Source: Cirrosporium novae-zelandiae (lineage: Eukaryota). From it: a DNA stretch of 31,613 bases. Position numbers and translations under genes: made by a program. The DNA is taken from positions 62,001 through 93,613 of the forward strand of contig JAPETS010000066.1 of the NCBI GenBank assembly GCA_026023565.1. Direction: 5' to 3'. Shown one piece after another: positions 1 through 9,225 of this stretch. The number at the start of each line of letters is the position of its first letter. Position 1 is the stretch's first letter. The notes under the pieces are model-generated. The model did no database searches. It was not told the DNA's origin and was given only the letters and a program-made list of their open reading frames with translations.

Positions 1-9
1 CATCTCAGG

Positions 10-1030
10 TTAAGATACTCCATTCATATCCGCCTCGGCCACTAACCCCTTCCCCATATCAACATAATCCAACAAAACAACATTCGGATTTCGGTTGTAC
101 AACCCCTCGCAAATGGTCGCTTGAGCTTCAATGCTAGCGACGGAGTTGGTGGTCCCTGCCACAAGCTCATATGGAATATAAATGCCCAAGATGTCAATAT
201 CAAGAAAGTGGTTAACGATGTACATGCGGCCTGTGGCGGAGGCGCCTGAGGGGCGATCGATGCTGCAGTCAGGGAAGGAGGAGTCGGTTACATCGTATGA
301 GGTCTCGAAGTAGTAGTTGAATTCGTCGAGGATATAGGATACTTCGGATTCATCTGCGTTATAATCTGTTTGAGATGTTAACGCGCTGCATAACTCTAGA
401 GTGGGAGGAGAATTGTGGCGGCGGAGGTACGAACCCATGAAGACTATTAGACGGGTTCCATCATCTATGAGAGTTTGGAGGGTGGGCCAGGAGCTCATTG
501 AGAGGGTTTTGGGACTCGTCGAAGGAGTGAAGGCATAAGAATCAAGACCGACGTCTTCAAAAATAGTGGCATACTCCGATATGTCGATGGCATCGCTATT
601 TGTAAGAAGTAGTGTCACCACTTCATTTGCGTTGTCGTCAAGGAAGTCCTTGACGGTTGTTAGGTATGTCGCCAAAGTCCCGGAATCCAACTCAGAGCAT
701 GTGGTGTGGCACATGCTAATAACATCATCATCATTTTTATGCGTCTGGAGAATGTTAGCTGCTACTGGTATATAGGTATATCTTGAAAATATCAACCTGG
801 CCCTGCAGATACCGGTAGCCTTTGCTCAATTGCTTACTGACAGCCCAATGTTGGTTTTGAGTTAACAGATAACCGACAAAGGCCGAATCGTGTGCGCCGA
901 CAAAAGTGACATTGGAGTATTTGCGGTCGCAAAGCTCGGCGTAGCCATTGCAAGTGGAGCTGCCCTTTACGGGATTTGATAGGAGAAAAGGCACAAGGCA
1001 AAGGCCTAGAGACAGAATGGAGGAAAACAT
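10..1030 (-). CDS. Secreted PI-PLC X-domain-like (PLC-like) phosphodiesterase, about 299 aa; exons 1030-797, 744-435, 365-10
   Basis: Signal peptide MFSSILSLGLCLVPFLL, then CNGYAELCDRKYSNVTFVGAHDSAF, GYRYLQGQ|TH, MCHTTC..LDSG, NEVVTLLLTN and YIVNHFLD, typical of fungal PLC-like phosphodiesterases. Introns 796-745 (GTTGAT..GCTAAC..CAG) and 434-366 (GTTCGT..TTAAC..CAG). Spliced length is 900 nt, in frame. Confidence 0.88.
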
Positions 1031-1623
1031 ACTACTAAATTCACCACATAAAACTTCACGGCGACATCATTAGGATTAGCAGTAGGAGAACATGTATATA
1101 TACTGCGGATATGGACATGCGCCACATTGGGAAATGTGCTCTCGACGTCGCATCAAGCAATAGAAATGCAGTAAAGAGGGCAGAAAACATGATGGCTCAA
1201 TCAGGACCGAAACATCACGGCTCGTAGATAACGTTGCATGATAAAAGCACGAGGTTGGTTCAGAGGACCAAAAGCTCTCTTTCCTGGTCGAGCGGAACTG
1301 TGTTGACGTGCAAGCGCCGGCGATGTTTCGCGATGGGGTTGGATGACCTCGGGTTACTAAAACCAGGGGTGGGCGCACCAGTTATTCGCACATCAAATTA
1401 TAGTGGAATACGTTCCCCATACTACCCCATCGGCCGATTAGCTGAATCTTGACAGAATTTTTGACCATTTGAGCTGTTATCATCCTGGTGTGGTGTGTCC
1501 ATGTCAATATTGCCCATCCCAACATATATTTTGGTACACGCCATCTAGGTCGATATTTATTAATCTAATTATTGAAACAAATATTGAACAGTACTAAATA
1601 AACTATTACTCCGTCTTGCTCAT

Positions 1624-3111
1624 TTAATATATGTTACCCACCACACTTTTTAACCTGGTCAAGGTGGTCATGCCGTACTCTATTAAGCTCCCTCCGAAGT
1701 CTTTGAATGATGACCTACCGCGAATGACAATATACCCAAGCAAGATGGAGGTTGCCAATCGTGCCATGAGAGCCACCAAAGTCCCTTGGGTAATAAGGTC
1801 ATAATAGCCATCCAGCATAATGTCGACCGCGCTCAAAGGCCTTATTGACGTTCCTAATCCTGGGCTGTTCAGGACTTCTATGCTTATGTTATTATCTTTA
1901 TCATTGCCGTAATCCACGCTTGATCTTCTTATTGCCATATTCTCAGTAATTACTTGCGCTTTCTCTTGACGAAAAGAGTGAGTCATGAGGTGTATTATCC
2001 ATCGTACATCAAAGGCTGTAAATGTTGGATAAGACCAGAAATCTATAGCTTCTTGGGAGGGCAACTGTTGGAAAAAATCGAGTACAATACCATGTGTCAG
2101 ACCCCAAAGTAATAACGGCTTCTCGGGTTTGGGATTGCGCCAACGAGCAAGAAATAGCCAACTTCTAACCATGGAGACTAATGACTGTGATTCCAAAGTG
2201 GTTTGAAGATAAGGACTGATGCTTGCGATCGGACTAGAATAGAAACTTTCAGTAGGAACCAGTTGGATGGCAGCAAACATCATCTGACCCAACATGGCTC
2301 TCAAGAAAGTGCGTATAATAGGCCCGCCTTGTCTTGAAAGGCGATTAGAGACATCACAATATTCATAAGTGCGCGAAGACGGAGAAAGCAAGGCTTGCAA
2401 AGGAACCCAATGTACAGACTCTACTTCTGTAGCTTGTAGCTGGAGTAAAGGACCCCTAGGATCTGCAAGGAGATAGACAAATGGACATAAGACCATCAAC
2501 CTACAAATCATCAGTAAACTTTTCTAATGATACAGTATTACCTATTTTGTAGAGAATATGATATGAGAGTATAAAAACGCCTCTAGGAAAGCTTGGTAGT
2601 GGTTGAAATAGTATGAGGTCACTCACGGCCTTTTACCCCAAGAAGTGGCTACAACCCTCTCTGGGAGGTTTCCAGCATGGAGTACGCTGGAGCTCTTCAG
2701 ATCAAGCCCGATCTCTTCCCAAGTCTCTCGAACAGCAACTGCTGCATCATCCCTGTCCTCAGGATCCCTTTTCCCTCCCGGAAGTGCGACATGACCCGTC
2801 CAACGGTCACCCGTTCGGGTAGCCCGCCTAATGAACAGTATCTCAGGAGTTCCACGTTTAATCCAAGGCTGAGCAAAAAAGGCTCTTAGATTATCCGCTG
2901 TTGATTGTAAAACATCTTCCTCCAACTGCTGACATAACTGTTGGGAAGTTGGACGTATACGAATTATCAAAGCGACGGAAGCTCGTTTAGGGTAGTTGGG
3001 AGGGTTTGGAACATGCGGGTAGGGATGAGCAGTTAGTTCAAGTAGAGCATGCTCCAACTCATCGAGCATAAACAACGAATCTTCATCTTCATGGGGTTGA
3101 AGAGGAGTCAT
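1624..3111 (-). CDS. Nudix hydrolase (CoA-pyrophosphatase NUDT7/8/Pcd1-like motif) with C-terminal hydrophobic helix, about 453 aa; exons 3111-2627, 2500-1624
   Basis: Nudix box GGKRDPEDRDDAAVAVRETWEEIGL preceded by a NuCoA-like segment ILFIRRATRTGDRWTGHVALPGG. Intron 2626-2501 (GTGAGT..ACTGAT..TAG) joins the two ORFs in frame (1362 nt). Hydrophobic segment GTLVALMARLATSILLGYIVI near the C-terminus. Confidence 0.88.
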
Positions 3112-3310
3112 GACTCCAGAGTCTAAACAGTGAACAAAGTGGCTCGGGCAGATTGAAGCCTCTTGGACGGAGGAGTGGAAGGAAAGAGGAAGCGTTAGCG
3201 TAGGAGGAAGCTTAACTGAAAGCTTTAAGCACCGTACCCCCGATATCCCTCCAATCCTCTAACACCTTTTTGGAAAAACTCGTGCTGATCTTCGGAGTCT
3301 TCATTGGTCA

Positions 3311-3328
3311 TACCTTGGCATACCTTGG
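3311..3328 (+). promoter_or_regulatory. Tandem TACCTTGG-N2-TACCTTGG element in the nudix/vtc divergent promoter; contains TGCCAAG (PacC/Rim101-type) on the minus strand
   Basis: TACCTTGGCATACCTTGG, 17/18 identical to the reverse complement of 8783-8800. Confidence 0.5.
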
Positions 3329-3363
3329 TTGCTCCAATCACCAATAACAAAACAAGGCCCAAT

Positions 3364-3396
3364 CCTCCCCCACCCCCCCACCCCCCCCATCACCCC
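3364..3396 (-). other. C-rich tract with G-quadruplex potential on the minus strand
   Basis: C5-A-C7-A-C8-ATCA-C4 on the plus strand gives four G-runs with short loops on the minus strand. Several CCAAT/ATTGG boxes lie nearby (3303, 3334, 3341, 3359, 3416). Confidence 0.45.
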
Positions 3397-3572
3397 AATG
3401 CCGGGCTAAATCGTCATTGGACTTGAGCTCTTCTTTGTTTTTGAAATCTTAACAAGTCTTCAATATACATACATACACACACACATTATTATACTTTACA
3501 TGCTTAATTTTTTATAATCCTTTGGATACTTCGTCGAGGAGATTATTGTGTTTAAACATCTCTACTCCTAGA

Positions 3573-6073
3573 ATGCGTTTCGGCAAAACTCTTGAAAGAT
3601 CCATCTACCAACCATGGAAAGACCACTATATTGATTATACCAAGCTCAAGAAGCTTCTGCGCGAGAATGACTTCCAAAATAGCCCTCGATTTGAACACTT
3701 GGATGGATTTCGAGAATGGACGCAAGAGGAAGAGGAAACTTTCGTTGATGAATTGATAAATGTTCAATTGGAGAAGGTCAATGCCTTTCAGGCCGCAACA
3801 AGTCTAGAGCTTCGTGATCGTACCTCTCAGTGCGAGTTCTTACTCGAACCTTTAGCCGCTGCTCTGAATAAGGAGAATCTTTCATCAGATGGAGAAAATA
3901 GTCGCCCTCAAGCCTTGTCATCAAGTCAGGATATGGACTCGGAGACAACACAAGCTATCCTCAAGGAGGTTCTGAAAAAGCTGGATGAGATTACCAAGGA
4001 GACAAATGAGCTAGAGAGGTACAGTCGTATCAACTTTACGGGATTCTTCAAAGCTGCCAAGAAGCATGACCGAAGAAAGGGGTCAAAATGCAAGGTTAAA
4101 CCCTTATTACAAGTTCGTCTAGCCGCGTTACCCTTTAATTCCGAGGATTACTCTCCTCTTTTATATCGGTGAGTTGCACATAATTTGTGCGATGCTTTGT
4201 ATGCTAATCCTAGAGGCTAGTCTCTCCGCTATGTACTCCTTCGTTAGAGAACATCTAGACGGTCAGTCTGGGACGGAGGACTCACCATTCTCCGATGACG
4301 CTGGTCAACATGAGCCGTACCATGCCTATAAGTGTTAGTAATGGTGTATATGAACCGTGCGATGAATTAACTGACGTTGATACTACAGTCTGGGTCCACA
4401 TTGATAACGTTCTTGAAGTCAAGACTTCTATCTTGCGACACCTTCCGGTCCTGGTATATAACCCCCAGGCTTCAAAGGATGACGATCGTACCCAGATGGA
4501 CCCTACAATTACTTCTGTTTACTTTGACAGCCCTGTGTTTGAACTGTATGAGAATAAAGTGTCTCGTAAACCAAACGCTTCTTCGTTACGTCTCCGATGG
4601 TACGGGCATCTGAATGACAAACCTGAAGTGATAATCGAGAAAAAGACGATATGTGAAAAGGATAAGAGCACAGAAGTCAAGTTTCCTATCAAGGAAAAAT
4701 ACATCCTTCCATTCTTGCGTGGGGAGTATCATATGGAAAAAAGTATACAGAAACTTCAAGACCGCGAAGGGCCTGATTCTGCTTCATTGAACCGACTGAA
4801 GAAGAACGTGGAGGAAATCCAGACCTTCATTGATACCAAGAAGCTGCAACCTATGCTTCGAGCAAACTATACTCGTACTGCTTTCCAATTTCCCGGGGAT
4901 GATAGGATTCGGATAGCTATGGATACCAATTTAGCCCTAATTCGAGAAGATGCCCTCGATTCTGACCGGCCGTGCAGGGACCCTGACGACTGGCATCGTA
5001 CGGATATTGATGATCAAGAAATGGAGTATCCATTTACAACAATAAAAAAGGGAGAAATTACGAGGTTTCCATATGCCTTGCTTGAGATCAAAATTAAAGA
5101 CGGCAAGCAGAATGAGCCTATCGAGTGGGTATCTGACTTGATGTCTTCCCATCTTTTAAAAGACTCTCCTCGCTTTTCGAAATTTGTCACCGGGGTTGCC
5201 CAGCTATTTGATGACTATGTCAATAGCTTTCCGTTCTGGCTGAGTGAGCTTGATACGGATATCAGGAAAGATCCCGAAATAGCCTTCGAGGAGGAAAAGG
5301 AGAGGATAGCAAAGCGAGCAGAAGACGAAGTTGCAGTAGGTAGCTTCATTGGATCCAAATCAAGTCCTGCTTTTAGACCTGCTATTGGTTCTCCTGCTCG
5401 ACAGCAGGCATACCTGAGTAGCAGTGTTCCACGGCGAAATGCAGGGGTTTTGTCCATAGCCAATGTCGTGGAAGAAGATGACAATCACCAAGGGAGAGTT
5501 GATGAAGGATCTGATGACGACCTGGATGTCGATCATGAATTTCCCCAAAATGATTCGAACCTCGTTTCCATGATTCCAAGATTTTCTTCGTCTAAATACG
5601 CAAGGGCTCATCAACAGCGCTCTGTGAAACTGCCTCCGGGTGTCCAGGAACCTAAGTATTGGAGCAAAAATGCGGGCCCTGTGAAAGTCGAGGGGAAAGT
5701 CTGGCTTGCGAATCAACGGACCTTCATCAAGTGGCAGCATATATCCGTCTTACTTGCTTCACTATCTTTAGGGTTATATAATGCGGCTGGTGCAAATAAC
5801 AAGGTTGCAGGCAGTCTAGCAATTGTATATACTATGATTGCATTATTTGCTGGTGCTTGGGGTTGGTGGACTTATGTTGTTAGGAGTCGATTGATTCGCG
5901 AGAGAAGTGGGAAGGATTTTGACTATGTTTTGGGCCCAATTGTTGTGTGCATCAGTCTCATTATTGCATTGTGTCTTAATTTCGCGTTCAAGGTATGTTC
6001 AAAGGTTCTACCATTCAACGATATAATACTAACCAAGTCTTAGTTCAAAGCTGCTGTTTCTATAAATGTATGA
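3573..6073 (+). CDS. vtc2: Vacuolar transporter chaperone subunit, Vtc2/Vtc3 type (SPX + VTC + C-terminal TM), about 780 aa; exons 3573-4168, 4221-4333, 4389-5992, 6044-6073
   Basis: SPX start MRFGKTL..YIDYTKLKKLL and INFTGFFKAAKKHD. Splicing restores YK|FWVH..NVLEVKT.ILRHLPVLVY. Also ITSVYFDSP, LRLRWYG, LRANYTRTAFQ, FPYALLEIK, PRFSKF, and KVEGKVWLANQRTF followed by three TM helices. FWVH and KVWLAN point to Vtc2/3 rather than catalytic Vtc4. Three canonical introns; 2343 nt in frame. Confidence 0.92.
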
Positions 6074-7299
6074 TAGAAACGTTAAATATATGAGAAACGG
6101 GGAGATGGAAATTCAATCTATCTAGGTTTCTATTAAACTTGCCGACACTTTCTCCCAGTCTTGGGATGAACTAATGGGCCTCTGTAATGTCTAGGTTGCT
6201 TGCTTTTTGATCTCATCTATGGCTGACAGTTTCATCTCCAGCTTTAGGTCTTTACTGCTTACATTCAACTATCAATTAGCGGCCACTTCAAGCATACTAT
6301 TATATTCTCTGACGTCTTATTTCATATATAGCTTTTTAATGAAGGAGAGCTTTCAGCATCCTGAGACATTCCCATCTATTCGTTCGCTTCTTACCATCAC
6401 TTCCTATTTCCCTGTATATGCTTGGACTGATATCAGGAAGTACGAAGGCCTACCCCTGCCATACCATCTAACCAAAAGAAAACAAGCTCTACTAGTTACT
6501 TATTCAATGGTAGTATGAAATATAACAATCTATGCGTCGCGTGGGCCCTCGTAGACACGATGCGGGCGCTAGGTTATATACTAACTACAATAGCGAATAG
6601 ACCGGTGGTTATGTTACGTTGTGTTATGTTGTGTTACCGTTTGGATGGGAGGGGAGGAGGCACGACAAAAATTTGGTTATTGGCTAGTTGGGTAATCGGT
6701 ATTGAGATGGGTGTGTATGTTATCTTGTTGGTGGTTGAGGGGAAAAAGGGAGCATGTTCTTTCTATGAGAATAGTTTTTGAGAATATAATAGTTATACAA
6801 GAATTTCGCTGTCTTTGATTTGAAAGTTTGTGAAATCGTTTAATTAATGGATTCGGTTGTCTATATGCATTTTTAATTGTTTGTCTGTGTTGTTTTCTTT
6901 GCAGAAGAGAAGTCTAGATCTGGATCTGGATCTGAATGGTTTGGTAAAGTGAGGTGAATAGGTCCAGATTGTCTTATCTTAGACAGGAGAAAGGATGTAA
7001 TCAATCTAATGTCTTATGTTGTTGGTATTCCCCTTGACCGATCTGAATTCTTATTCACGTTCTTATTCTCGCGGACCACCACCTTGGTTTATTTTTTGTC
7101 GCTCTCGTTTATGTGGTATCAACTTCCACTCGAGTTCCTTGGTCCTTTCCATCTATCTGGCATAATTTACGTGCCTAGGAATCCCGTTCAGGCTTATATC
7201 TGCAATCCCCTTTCGCAAATATATCATGTAGAGATAGATATCTATATAGCGGTGATTGGATTGGCATATGAAAGCAGCCTGCAGTTGGTCTGTTTGCCT

Positions 7300-8283
7300 T
7301 CAATCTACTGCACCGTCTGCTGAAGACAAGTGGGAACTATTCGCCCGTTCGCTGCCATTGTCTCTTTCTAGGCTCGAGATTTCTGTAGTTGCCTCGTCCT
7401 CTAGGATGTACCCCTCGTTTCTCTTGATCAGGTTCATATAATAATCAACTAGAACCTCTGGCTTCGGCACGATCCTCCACTCCACTCGCCAGAGGAACTC
7501 CAGTTCGAGTAATGCAAGTTCCCGGATGCTGACACCGCCGACCCGGGCATATGTTTTGTTTGTCCAGAAGCTGTCGCTGAGACCTTTCGAGGCAACGGTA
7601 GCGGCTGTGATGAGGAATCGGTGGACTGTTAGGCTGGAGATGGTGAAGGCGGGGTAGAGTACACAGAGGCGATCAATGTAGTAGACCATTGAGAGGAGAA
7701 TTGGAGGGGAGAGGGTCGCGTGTGTGGTTAGTCGTTGGAGGTAATCGATCACAGAAATACCAGGTGGGGATCGAGAGTGAAAGCGGGTCAGACGACCATC
7801 GCGGAGAGGTATGTCGTCGTTAAGGTGGATAAGCTCCATCAGCATGTCGGCTATGAGGACTACGAGGTCATGAGTGTTGCAGATTTCGTAGCGTCTGGGC
7901 ATTACTTTGGGAGAAGGTTTGCTTGGCCTGGCTCGCTTGGCGAGGTTCAAATTGGCGGCATTTGGTTCTGTGGAATTCGGTCTTCGTTGCGGGACGTCCT
8001 GCGCGCCGTCGAGGGAAGGCTCCGCAGGCATGTAATGAACTGGCTGGCACGCGGAGCCGGCGTCTGTTTGAGACAGAGCAGCAAGGTCGTCTTGAACGTT
8101 GCCGGAGGTTAGGTGCGAAGAAGAGGTGGCGGGCTGTTTAAAGGTAGAAGAAATGCGGGGGGATCTCGTAGGAGTCAGTCCGGGCTGACATGTACGTGGG
8201 GTAGAGCGCTTCAACTGAGCGTAATGGGAGGAAAAGGTGGATGAATGATTCTGTAGGGTCGGCGATGGCGAGGAAGTAATCAT
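7300..8283 (-). CDS. pho80: Pho80/PREG-type cyclin (Pho85 partner, negative regulator of the PHO regulon), about 327 aa, intronless
   Basis: Cyclin box LTRFHSRSPPGISVIDYLQRL..ILLSMVYYIDRLC..SLTVHRFLITAATVASKGLSDSFWTNKTYARVGGVS..ELALLELEFL. The ORF track starts at TTG 8352; the first in-frame ATG after the upstream stop is 8283. Confidence 0.9.
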   Translation of the reverse strand: MITSSPSPTLQNHSSTFSSHYAQLKRSTPRTCQPGLTPTRSPRISSTFKQPATSSSHLTSGNVQDDLAALSQTDAGSACQPVHYMPAEPSLDGAQDVPQRRPNSTEPNAANLNLAKRARPSKPSPKVMPRRYEICNTHDLVVLIADMLMELIHLNDDIPLRDGRLTRFHSRSPPGISVIDYLQRLTTHATLSPPILLSMVYYIDRLCVLYPAFTISSLTVHRFLITAATVASKGLSDSFWTNKTYARVGGVSIRELALLELEFLWRVEWRIVPKPEVLVDYYMNLIKRNEGYILEDEATTEISSLERDNGSERANSSHLSSADGAVD

Positions 8284-8573
8284 CTTCTTCTTATCCGACA
8301 GGAGCGCATTCTTGATGCTACCCCTTATGTGTATGTCATGTAGGAAGTCCAAAACCAGCGTCTCTTGCGCCTTGGTCTTCTATTTCTGTCTGTAATCTGG
8401 CATTTCGTTGCATTTGGGGCAGTCCAAGGTCTAAGAATGTAAAAAGAATACGAATCAAGGGAATTTTTATATATATATATATTTACTTAGGAGACTTCGG
8501 GAGCGACTCCTGAAGTTGTTGGTTGGTTGCATCCAGTGCATAAGTAGGTGGAAAATGTCGAAGGATTGGAGGA

Positions 8574-8647
8574 GGGAAAAGGGAAAAGGGAAAAGGTAAT
8601 TAAAAGGTAATTAAAAGGTAAAATGGGAAATGGGAAATGGGAGATGG
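8574..8647 (-). repeat. Short tandem purine repeats (GGGAAAA)x3, (GGTAATTAAAA)x2, (GGGAAAT)x2-3; CT-rich tract on the pho80 sense strand
   Basis: Read directly. Pyrimidine-rich tracts are common near fungal transcription starts. Confidence 0.6.
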
Positions 8648-8782
8648 TGGAGTAATATTATGGTAATTAATTAGACTACCACCGGTATTAATTACCTAGG
8701 TATTGCGTATGATAAAAGGTACTAATTAATTATGGTACTTTAGTCCATCCATGGCACACTGTGGTGGTACCACTGAGTACGG

Positions 8783-8800
8783 CCAAGGTAAGCCAAGGTA
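8783..8800 (-). promoter_or_regulatory. Tandem CCAAGGTA-N2-CCAAGGTA element in the pho80/ARMC8 divergent promoter; two GCCAAG cores (8782-8787, 8792-8797)
   Basis: Minus strand reads TACCTTGGCTTACCTTGG, 17/18 identical to 3311-3328. Confidence 0.5.
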
Positions 8801-9225
8801 ACGAAAAGTGAGGTACAGTAATTCATCTCATACCAAACGGGTCAAGTGCAGCTTCCTCCTCTTCAATCCCATCATTCTACGTGGTCGTCAGTTTGCAAAG
8901 TGGAATTCCAAAGCTGCCAGCAATAATACTAATACAAATGCTTCTTTATCTTCTCCCTGTCCTATAATCCTTTTAACGGTGGTGTCGAGCTGGGTTTGCA
9001 TCTCTGGGTTCTTTCTTTACCACCCCAAAAACAACCGCTGACGATATCCAAACTCAATTACTTTCCATTGTTTTCATATACATTGTCATCCACTTTACGC
9101 CGCTATTCTCCAATTGTCCAGTCATTCGCACCCTGGCCCATACGTTCTTTGTAATCTGGGGAGACCATATCTAAAACATATTTTCGCGTCAACAATTTTA
9201 GTATCCTACCCTAGCCCGCTTGACC

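Noticed and set aside
1076..1452. Overlapping 100-aa and 72-aa ORFs upstream of the phosphodiesterase
   Set aside because: No motifs; most likely promoter sequence.
6207..7441. Small ORFs between vtc and pho80, plus (GATCTG)n and GTTRY pentamer repeats
   Set aside because: No recognisable domains; consistent with convergent 3'UTRs and simple repeats.
8284..8352. N-terminal extensions from TTG starts in the ORF track (also 3522 and 9220)
   Set aside because: Non-ATG starts; the downstream ATGs give N-termini that fit the families better.
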